Shown: in pieces, positions 15,121-22,440 of the stretch
Numbering within the stretch: the stretch's first letter is position 1
How the letters are laid out: each line of letters begins with the position of its first letter
Assembly: GCA_039586365.1 (NCBI GenBank)
Contig: JBDHKN010000078.1
Span: 1 to 22,440, forward strand
Direction: 5' to 3'
DNA length: 22,440 nt
From: Gemmatimonadota bacterium
GTDB taxonomy: Bacteria > Gemmatimonadota > Gemmatimonadetes > Gemmatimonadales > GWC2-71-9
Program-made: the position numbers and the translations under genes
Notes under the pieces: model-generated
The model's database searches: none
Told to the model about the DNA's origin: nothing
Seen by the model: only the letters and a program-made list of their open reading frames with translations

Positions 15121-16734
15121 TCAACTCAGTTGTTCGAAGAAATCGTTACCCTTGTCGTCCACCAGGATATAGGCCGGGAAGTTCTCGACTTCGATCCTGT
15201 AGATTGCTTCCATCCCGAGTTCCGGGTACTCGAGTAGCTCCACTTTCTTGATGTGTTCCTGCGCCAGGATTGCCGCCGGACCGCCAATCGAGCCCAAGTA
15301 GAAACCACCGTATTTCTTGCAGGCTTCAGTCACCGGTTTGCTGCGGTTTCCCTTGGCGATCATCACCAGCGAGGCCCCCTCCGCCTGGAATGGCTCGACG
15401 TAGGAGTCCATCCGCCCCGCCGTAGTCGGTCCAAAGGATCCGGATGGCATCCCTTCGGGGGTCTTGGCCGGACCTGCATAGTAGATGGGATGGTCCTTGA
15501 AGTACGTTGGGATACCTTCGCCGCTGTCCTGCCGCTCCTTGATCTTCGCGTGCGCGATATCACGGGCCACAATGATGGTGCCGGTGAGTGACAGCTGCGT
15601 CTTTACCGGGTACTTGCTCAATTCCGCGGTCACTTCCTTCATGGGACGGTTTAGGTCGATCTGCACCACTCCGAGGTCGCGTTTGGTTCGGTACTTGTCC
15701 GGGATGAATCGCCCAGGGTTGCGTTCCAGCTCTTCGAGCCAGATGCCATCGCGGGTGATCTTGGCCCTGACATTGCGATGCGCCGAACAAGACACACCCA
15801 TTCCCACCGGGCACGAAGCACCGTGGCGTGGTAGCCGGACAACACGCACGTCCAGCGCGAAATACTTGCCACCAAACTGCGCCCCGAAACCGCTCTTGTA
15901 GGCCGCTTCGAGTAATCTTTCTTCCAGCGCCGGATCACGGAACGCCTGGCCGCGATCATTGCCCGTGGTCGGCAGTCCGTCCAAATAGCCCGTCGATGCC
16001 AGCTTCACGGTCTTGAGATTGGCTTCGGCCGAGGTGCCACCTATCACGAATGCGAGATGATACGGGGGGCACGCCGCTGTACCTAGCGTCTTCATCTTCT
16101 CGACCAGGAAGGCCTCCAGCTTCTCTGGGTTGAGCAATGCCTTGGTCTGTTGGTAGAGAAACGTCTTGTTGGCAGATCCTCCACCTTTGGCGACGAACAG
16201 GAATGAATACTCCGAGCCATCCGTCGCGTAGACATCGATCTGCGCCGGGAGATTGTTGCCCGAGTTCTTCTCTTCGTACACGGTCAGCGGCAGCGTCTGC
16301 GAATAACGCAGGTTCTCACCGGTGTATGTCTCATAGATGCCCTTGGTGAGGTACTCCTCATCGCGAACACCGGTCCACACCCTCTGACCCTTCTTGGCCA
16401 CCACTGTTGCGGTTCCCGTATCCTGACAGAACGGCAACACGAAGTTGGCAGCGACCTCAGCGTTCCTCAACATGGCGAGCGCAACACCCCTGTCGTTCTC
16501 GCTCGCTTCCGGATCATCGAGGATCGCAGCAACCTGCTTCAAATGTGCCGGGCGCAGCAAGAACGAGGCATCACGCAGGGCCTCTTTGGCGAGGACCCTC
16601 AGGCCTTCTGGGTCTACCTTGAGGATCTCTGTGCCCTCAAAATCAGCGCTCGATACGTACTCCCTGGTCAGCAAGCGGTATTTCGTAGTGTCTTTGGCAA
16701 GGGGAAAGGGGTCGTGATAGACCTGGCCAGTCAT
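15121..16734 (-). CDS. fumA: Class I (Fe-S) fumarate hydratase
   Basis: [32 protein letters not shown] and [12 protein letters not shown] motifs, 537 aa, AAGGAG RBS. FumA versus FumB cannot be distinguished from sequence. Confidence 0.95.
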   Translation of the reverse strand: MTGQVYHDPFPLAKDTTKYRLLTREYVSSADFEGTEILKVDPEGLRVLAKEALRDASFLLRPAHLKQVAAILDDPEASENDRGVALAMLRNAEVAANFVLPFCQDTGTATVVAKKGQRVWTGVRDEEYLTKGIYETYTGENLRYSQTLPLTVYEEKNSGNNLPAQIDVYATDGSEYSFLFVAKGGGSANKTFLYQQTKALLNPEKLEAFLVEKMKTLGTAACPPYHLAFVIGGTSAEANLKTVKLASTGYLDGLPTTGNDRGQAFRDPALEERLLEAAYKSGFGAQFGGKYFALDVRVVRLPRHGASCPVGMGVSCSAHRNVRAKITRDGIWLEELERNPGRFIPDKYRTKRDLGVVQIDLNRPMKEVTAELSKYPVKTQLSLTGTIIVARDIAHAKIKERQDSGEGIPTYFKDHPIYYAGPAKTPEGMPSGSFGPTTAGRMDSYVEPFQAEGASLVMIAKGNRSKPVTEACKKYGGFYLGSIGGPAAILAQEHIKKVELLEYPELGMEAIYRIEVENFPAYILVDDKGNDFFEQLS

Positions 16735-16974
16735 CGTGCTGACTCCTTCTCATCTATGTCGAGGGTTGGCCGCGGGAGCCGCTAAGAGAACGGTCACGCC
16801 ATCCGAGTCCATTGTGGACGAGCGAAAACTCGCACATTTCTGATCCATAATCCATCGACCGGCGCGCTCCTCGCAGCCTGCCGCCGCTCCCGGTCCCATC
16901 CGCTCGAGTGGTGCTGTACTATTAGTACCACTGTGGAGCGGGTCCCGACTTTCCATAGACATGGATCAGTTGTT

Positions 16975-18282
16975 ATGAACGCGATGACAGCCGCAGCAGT
17001 CGTGCAGGAGCCGGTAGACAGCGTCACTGGCACGAGCGTATCCGCCATGATTGACTGGCTGCAAGCCCACCAACTCGCAGCTCAGCTGCTCGCAGTGTCA
17101 CTGGTAGTCTTGCTAGCCTATGTGGCCGACCTGGTAACGAAACGCGTGCTCTTGGCTACCCTCAGCAAGATAGTTCGTGGCACTTCCATCCAGTGGGACG
17201 ACACACTCCTCAACGCCAAGGTATTCGACCGGATAGCCCATCTGGCACCAGCCATAGCCGTGTACTTCGGCATCAATCTGATTCCCGCGCTTTCAACGGC
17301 GTTCGTACAGTGGATTGAGCAGGCGGCTCTGGCTGCTATGGTCGTGATCGCGGTCCTTGCGGTTGGAGCATTGATCTCCGCTGTCAACGACATCTATTCC
17401 ACCAGCCGGCTCGCAGATGGAAGACCTATCAAGGGCTACGTGCAGGTTGCGAGACTCATCGTGTATTTCCTGGGCGGCATCGTCGCGATAGCGACTATCA
17501 CTGGTCGTTCACCGTTGCTGTTGTTGAGTGGTATAGGAGCCATGACAGCGGTGCTCCTGTTCGTGTTCCGGGACACGATACTCTCGTTCGTGGCCAGTCT
17601 GCAGATCGCGAGCTACGACATGATGCGAGTCGGGGACTGGGTCGAGATACCGCAGTTCGGCGTTGACGGTGACGTGGTGGACATCGGATTGCATACAGTC
17701 AAGGTCCAGAACTGGGACAAGACCATAACTACAGTGCCGACACACCGGCTGATCTCCGATTCGTTCAAGAATTGGCGATCCATGGCCCAGTCCGGTGGCC
17801 GGCGGATCAAGCGAGCGATCCACATCGACACGAGCTCGATCCAGTTCCTTGACGACGGCGACATAGACCGGTTCGGGAACTTCGTGTTACTGAGAGACTA
17901 CGTCCGCCACAAGAAGCAGGAGCTGGATGAGTACAATGCCAAGTATGCCAGCGATACAAGCTTGGTAGCCAACGCCCGTAGGCTCACCAATATCGGCACG
18001 TTCCGCGCCTACGTGGTGCAGTACCTGCGCCAACATCCAAAGATTCGCCAGGACATGACTCTTATGGTGCGCCAGCTGGATCCTTCGCCAAGCGGCCTGC
18101 CTCTTCAGATCTACGTGTTCTCCAACGAAATCGATTGGGTGTCTTACGAGGGTATTCAAGCCGACATCTTCGATCACATCATGGCGATCGTGCCAGAGTT
18201 CGGGCTGAGGCTGTTCCAGAATCCGTCCGGCACCGATTTCGGACTCGCCTTCAGTCGCGGGCACCTGACGGCCAATAGCTGA
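16975..18282 (+). CDS. Small-conductance mechanosensitive channel, MscS family (YbdG/MscM-like)
   Basis: RPIKGYVQV, GIGAMTAVLLFVFRDTILSFVAS, TVKVQNWDKTITTVPT, SFKNWR..SGGRRIKR, LTNIGTFRAY and YEGIQADIFDH motifs. The start could be ATG 16975 or 16984, or GTG 16933. Confidence 0.93.
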   Translation: MNAMTAAAVVQEPVDSVTGTSVSAMIDWLQAHQLAAQLLAVSLVVLLAYVADLVTKRVLLATLSKIVRGTSIQWDDTLLNAKVFDRIAHLAPAIAVYFGINLIPALSTAFVQWIEQAALAAMVVIAVLAVGALISAVNDIYSTSRLADGRPIKGYVQVARLIVYFLGGIVAIATITGRSPLLLLSGIGAMTAVLLFVFRDTILSFVASLQIASYDMMRVGDWVEIPQFGVDGDVVDIGLHTVKVQNWDKTITTVPTHRLISDSFKNWRSMAQSGGRRIKRAIHIDTSSIQFLDDGDIDRFGNFVLLRDYVRHKKQELDEYNAKYASDTSLVANARRLTNIGTFRAYVVQYLRQHPKIRQDMTLMVRQLDPSPSGLPLQIYVFSNEIDWVSYEGIQADIFDHIMAIVPEFGLRLFQNPSGTDFGLAFSRGHLTANS

Positions 18283-18301
18283 TGGCTACAGTCTGACGAC
18301 C

Positions 18302-18994
18302 ATGCGCGTTCTGCTGATACAGAACTGCCCTCTGGAGGGATTCGGTAGGTACGAGGCATACTTGGCGGAAAAGGGGTATTCCTACCGGGTGCTGCATCCG
18401 TACCGGCGCTGTGAGTTCCCACCCGTCGACGAGTACGATGTGTTTTTCGTCGGAGGAACGCCGATCTCAGCGCTCGAGGTAAACGAGCACGAGTTCCTGG
18501 AGCTCGAATGGCACTTCCTCACGGACGTACTCGAGTCGCAAAGACCGTATTTCGGCATCTGTTTTGGCGGCCAACTGCTAGCGCGCCTACTGGCGGGGAA
18601 GGTGCACCGGGGTGCAAACACGGAGATCGGTGGGTACGAGGTCGAACTCACACGGCTGGGGCAATCCGACCCTTTGTTCGAGAATTTCCCGGACCGCTTC
18701 CCGGTATTTCAGTGGCACTCTGATGTGTTCGAGCCCAACCCGGATGCCGCCACGATTGCCGCGGGATGGGACGGGACGGCCCAGGCGCTTCGCATAGGAA
18801 CCGCTGTCGGACTCCAGTTCCATCTCGAAGTGACTTCGACAGATGCGGCTCTCTGGGCCGACGCTTACCTCGCCGAGTTGACCTCTGTCGGCAAAGACAA
18901 GGTGACGGTGGTGGCGGAGTGTCGGGAACGCGAAGCACGGATGGCTCACCTCGCAGACACGATCCTCGACAACTACTTCAAACTTATCGAGTAA
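18302..18994 (+). CDS. Stand-alone class I glutamine amidotransferase-like protein
   Basis: Nucleophile GICFGGQ, FQWHSDVF, and QFHLE (His-Glu of the triad). Confidence 0.9.
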   Translation: MRVLLIQNCPLEGFGRYEAYLAEKGYSYRVLHPYRRCEFPPVDEYDVFFVGGTPISALEVNEHEFLELEWHFLTDVLESQRPYFGICFGGQLLARLLAGKVHRGANTEIGGYEVELTRLGQSDPLFENFPDRFPVFQWHSDVFEPNPDAATIAAGWDGTAQALRIGTAVGLQFHLEVTSTDAALWADAYLAELTSVGKDKVTVVAECREREARMAHLADTILDNYFKLIE

Positions 18995-19045
18995 CGGTTG
19001 CCGCAACCGCATACGCAACCTACTGGAAGGGCTACAGGGGTCACT

Positions 19046-19489
19046 ATGGCTGATACGGGCAGGCTCGAAGCCATTTGGATCAAGCGAGCCCATCGGGAAC
19101 CGATGGACCCGGTACGACTTGCGCAGCTGGACACTCAGGGGGGCATAGTCGGCAACGCTGACTTCGGAGCGAGACGCCAGGTCACGGTCATAGCAGAAGA
19201 GGTGTGGGACCACTTGCCTGGCGAGATGCTCGGCAACGTCGATCCATCCGCCCGCAGGGCCAACCTGATGGTGAGTGGCATCTGTCTCGAGGAGACGGGC
19301 GGCCGAATTCTCCGAGTCGGTGCCTGCCGCATCCGCATACAGGGGGAGACCAAACCGTGCCATCGCATGGATGAAGCCTATCCAGGGCTCAAGGACGCGT
19401 TGTTGGCCAATTGGGGCGGCGGCGCGTACGGCCTGGTCCTGGATGACGGGCAAATCGAGGTAGGAGCAGTGGTAGCCTGGGTGGACTAG
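19046..19489 (+). CDS. MOSC domain protein
   Basis: GRLEAIWIKR, RQVTVI, RRANLMVSG, GETKPCHRM (conserved Cys) and VLDDGQIEVG motifs. ATG 19046 is preferred over TTG 18998. Confidence 0.88.
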   Translation: MADTGRLEAIWIKRAHREPMDPVRLAQLDTQGGIVGNADFGARRQVTVIAEEVWDHLPGEMLGNVDPSARRANLMVSGICLEETGGRILRVGACRIRIQGETKPCHRMDEAYPGLKDALLANWGGGAYGLVLDDGQIEVGAVVAWVD

Positions 19490-19556
19490 CGCGACCACGC
19501 AGCGTCGTCGGCCCTATACTACCCGCTACGTGCGTGCTGTCGTGGCCGGTACTGTT

Positions 19557-20282
19557 TTACACCAGCTGTCTCAAGATCACCGCCAGCCCGGTTGCGGCTG
19601 ACAACACCAACACCGCAGCTCGCGTGTATCCCCGGTCGAAAAAGCCAGACGTGTGCCGGGAGGTGAAGAATCCGATGAGGATGCCCGGCAGCAGAGAGAC
19701 GGCCAACCCGAGTTCCGCAATCCCGAACCTCCCAACAAAACGCAGACCTACCAGCGACAATACCACACCAACGACGAAGTAGGCTGACAGAGTACCTCGT
19801 ACGCTGGGGCCAGAAGAACGTTGGTACACGAGCGCCATTGGGGGAGCACCTATCGAGACTGTCGTGCCCATGAAGCCCGACAGCGCACCCGCACCCACAA
19901 GCACCCTGGGGCTAACGGGCAAGTGCAGGCCAGAGGCGCTCATGGCCACCCCGAGAAGAACCAGCACTCCGAGCGTCAACTCCAACCTGTTTCCAGACAG
20001 TACAGTCAGTGCAGCTGCGCCAGCCACGGTGCCCACCAACCGGCCAGACAGTGCCCACTTGAGATCGCGCAACACGACTGACCTGCGTTCCCTGTGCGTC
20101 AACAGAACGGTCAATGTCAATGCGGCACAGAGCAGTGGCGCCGGAACCAATCTCGGATCAATCAGCATCAGCAGTGGCGCACCGAGAATGCCGAGGCCGA
20201 AACCCACAGATCCCTGAAGCGTGGCACCGAGTGAGACTGCAAGAGTCGCGAGGGCCCAGTCGACCAAGGTCACCGGGTCCAC
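19557..20282 (-). CDS. Sulfite exporter TauE/SafE family membrane protein
   Basis: GATLQGSVGFGLG and the repeated GALSGFMGTTVSIGAPP motif, about 8 TM segments, 241 aa. Confidence 0.88.
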   Translation of the reverse strand: MDPVTLVDWALATLAVSLGATLQGSVGFGLGILGAPLLMLIDPRLVPAPLLCAALTLTVLLTHRERRSVVLRDLKWALSGRLVGTVAGAAALTVLSGNRLELTLGVLVLLGVAMSASGLHLPVSPRVLVGAGALSGFMGTTVSIGAPPMALVYQRSSGPSVRGTLSAYFVVGVVLSLVGLRFVGRFGIAELGLAVSLLPGILIGFFTSRHTSGFFDRGYTRAAVLVLSAATGLAVILRQLV

Positions 20283-20385
20283 CGCGGGTGGGCCATGAGG
20301 TCACAGCCTGGGGCGGCTGAACAACGGAGCGGAAGGGAAAACTCCTCTGATCTTGCCGCCCCGGCCGCCCCTACCGTCTCGCTAC

Positions 20386-22281
20386 TCAAGCTTCCTGTCT
20401 CTTGCGAGCGACCATGATCACGCAGCCGAGAATTGCGAGGATTGTGATGCCCGCGAGAGCCACCTCAGCCGCGTGAGAAATGTCCGGTGGGAATCCGACT
20501 ATCCTCTCACCACCTCTCACTCCGACCCACAGAGCCAGTAGCACGCCCGTTAGCCCACCGCCACCGACCAACCCTGATCCGAACAGCACACCCTGCTCCC
20601 TTCGCTGTTCAGCTATCTCCGCCGGTTGATCGCGCGTGAGCAAATGACGCGCGAGACCACCGAGAAATACGGCTCCCATCGTGGACAGCGGTAGGTATAC
20701 CCCTACCGCAAACGCGAGCACCGGTATCTTGAACAGTGACGCCACCAGACCGATTCCGACACCAATGAATATCAGGGCCCACGGTAGGTTCTGATCCAGT
20801 ACACCGTCGATGACGAGCTTCATCAAGACAGCTTGGGGCGCCGGGAGCTCTGCTCCCCCAAGACCACCTTCAACGTTTTGATGTAGCATCATTACTACCA
20901 GGCAGACGACACCAGCCGACGTGATCACACCAATCAATTCGCCGATCTGTTGCATCCGGGGCGTTGCTCCGAGCACGTACCCCGTCTTCAAATCCTGCGA
21001 CGTGTCACCGGCAATTGACGCGGCAATGCACACCGAGGTTCCTACCATCAAGGCAGTCGCCTTACCTGCCAGATCGGTCCAACCCAAGAGCAGGAACACT
21101 AGACTCGTACCGAGGAGCGTTGCGATGGTCATGCCGGACGTGGGATTGGAAGTCACCCCGACCAAACCGACGATCCTGGAGCTCACCGTCACAAAAAAGA
21201 AAGCGAACACAGCGATGAGTATCGACGCCACGGCTCGCACCGGTATCGAGTCTAGATAACCCAAGATCCCGGGTACGAACGTCAGGATGCCTAGCAAGAC
21301 CAGTACGAACACGAAGGCGCTGGTGATTTGACGCAGGCCAAGCTTGAACGACTCCACCATCGTGGGGATAGACCGCAGCAACGTGATTATCCCACCGGTG
21401 GCCACGGCTCCTGCCCCTATATAGCGAACGTAACGGTTCCAGATCTCACCGGACGACATGTCACGGATCAGCTTCACGGTCTCCGGATAGAGTGGCTCGG
21501 TCAATCCCCCACCCCAGAGATTTATTGCTGGAATGACGATGAGGGCAGAGAGCGCACCGCCGGCCACCATGACTGTGGCGATTCGTATGCCAAGTATGTA
21601 GCCGACTCCTATCAGTGCGGGGGAGACACTGGCGGCAAGGCTTGCCTTGTACCCGAGGGCCACTTCGAAGCTACCTCGTACGAACTTGAAACCATCCGTG
21701 ATGAGCTTGAATAGCATCCCCACGCCGATGCCAAGGAACACCGGCGTAGCCTGTTTGCCGCCGCCTTCAGCCGCAACCAGAACTTCCGCGCAGGCCATAC
21801 CCTCTGGGTAGGGAAGCTTGCCATGCTCGCGTTTGATGAGATAGCGCCGCAGTGGAATCATCGCCAACACCCCGATCATCCCTCCACACATGGTCAGTAG
21901 CGTTATCTGCCGCCAGGCGGGGCTCATCCCCCAGATGAAGAGCGCCGGAATAGTGAACAGCACGCCCGAAGCCACCGAAGAACTGGCTGAGCCGATCGTC
22001 TGCGACATGTTGGTTTCCAGGATGCTGTGCGGCAGCCCGAAAGCGGAAAACAGCCTGAATGCCACCACTGTGAGGACAGCAACCGGGATCGAGGTGCTTA
22101 TCGTTAGTCCAGCCTTCAAACCGAGGTATGTGTTAGCAGCACCGAACACCATGCCGAGGAGGACACCCGAGAGCGCAGCCTTGATCGTGAATTCCGTCAG
22201 GGACTGTCCATGGGTGAAGGGCACATACTCCTGACCGTCGCGTATCTCGTAGGCAGTAGGTGGAAGTTTCTTGCCGTTCAT
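20386..22281 (-). CDS. OPT family oligopeptide transporter
   Basis: NTYLGLKAGLTISTSIP, ILETNMSQTIGSA, LPYPEGMACAEVL, SNPTSGMTIATL, AGDTSQDLKTG..GATPRMQQ and LPAPQA motifs. AAGGAG RBS. Confidence 0.95.
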   Translation of the reverse strand: MNGKKLPPTAYEIRDGQEYVPFTHGQSLTEFTIKAALSGVLLGMVFGAANTYLGLKAGLTISTSIPVAVLTVVAFRLFSAFGLPHSILETNMSQTIGSASSSVASGVLFTIPALFIWGMSPAWRQITLLTMCGGMIGVLAMIPLRRYLIKREHGKLPYPEGMACAEVLVAAEGGGKQATPVFLGIGVGMLFKLITDGFKFVRGSFEVALGYKASLAASVSPALIGVGYILGIRIATVMVAGGALSALIVIPAINLWGGGLTEPLYPETVKLIRDMSSGEIWNRYVRYIGAGAVATGGIITLLRSIPTMVESFKLGLRQITSAFVFVLVLLGILTFVPGILGYLDSIPVRAVASILIAVFAFFFVTVSSRIVGLVGVTSNPTSGMTIATLLGTSLVFLLLGWTDLAGKATALMVGTSVCIAASIAGDTSQDLKTGYVLGATPRMQQIGELIGVITSAGVVCLVVMMLHQNVEGGLGGAELPAPQAVLMKLVIDGVLDQNLPWALIFIGVGIGLVASLFKIPVLAFAVGVYLPLSTMGAVFLGGLARHLLTRDQPAEIAEQRREQGVLFGSGLVGGGGLTGVLLALWVGVRGGERIVGFPPDISHAAEVALAGITILAILGCVIMVARKRQEA

Positions 22282-22440
22282 TCACAGCGCTCCTTGATTT
22301 TGTCCGGCTGAATGTTCCACTAGTTCTCACGGCACCTCGACTGCGGCGAGCTCATCGTCGAGTGCAGCTTGATTTGGCCAGCTAAGATAGTTGTTACCTT
22401 CAATGATGGCGAGGTGACAACCTCGGGCATGCCACACTCT

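Noticed and set aside
16800..16830. Hammerhead-like GAGTCC-loop-GGACGA stem II
   Set aside because: The required CUGAUGA and GAAA core is absent (it reads catccga and gagc), and stems I and III are missing.
18587..19498. Long alternative ORFs (e.g. 303 aa here, 272 aa at 3943-4761, 228 aa at 7210-7896, 201 aa at 9590-10195)
   Set aside because: They are antisense or overlapping shadows of well-supported genes, as expected in GC-rich DNA, and show no recognisable motifs.
22332..22425. Hairpins upstream of OPT (gcacctcgac/gtcgagtgc; cgaggt-gaca-acctcg)
   Set aside because: The stems are short and at the window edge with no recognisable riboswitch motif. They cannot be evaluated without flanking sequence.
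1..22440. CRISPR array, tRNA/rRNA, transposase, integrase, phage or defence genes
   Set aside because: I saw no regularly spaced repeats, cloverleaf/rRNA signatures or matching protein motifs.

Overview
This is a GC-rich bacterial chromosomal segment. The gene set (ECF/anti-sigma, beta-propeller lipoprotein, TonB_C protein, OPT, CPBP) resembles Gemmatimonadota, which is an inference. It carries about 22 intact genes: a 5'-partial outer-membrane protein, a PflX-like radical SAM enzyme, an ECF sigma/zinc anti-sigma/secretin-N lipoprotein operon, a sodium:solute symporter followed by two tiny translationally coupled membrane proteins, a YbaK-family deacylase, an ornithine cyclodeaminase-family enzyme, a Crp regulator, a TreT-like glycosyltransferase, a propeller lipoprotein, an ankyrin-TonB_C fusion, a CPBP protease, class I fumarase, MscS, a GATase, MOSC, TauE and an OPT transporter. 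I found no rRNA, tRNA, CRISPR array or transposase. The points most worth follow-up are (i) the symporter plus microprotein module, (ii) the ECF operon with a barrel-less secretin-like lipoprotein, (iii) a chimeric pseudogene at 6655-7039 that apparently joins the start of one exported protein to the end of a DUF5916-like protein behind an intact promoter, (iv) the secreted ankyrin-TonB_C fusion, and (v) a Crp with a duplicated or extended wing. There are also further decayed gene remnants and structured intergenic elements. Family names come from motif recognition only; no searches were run.
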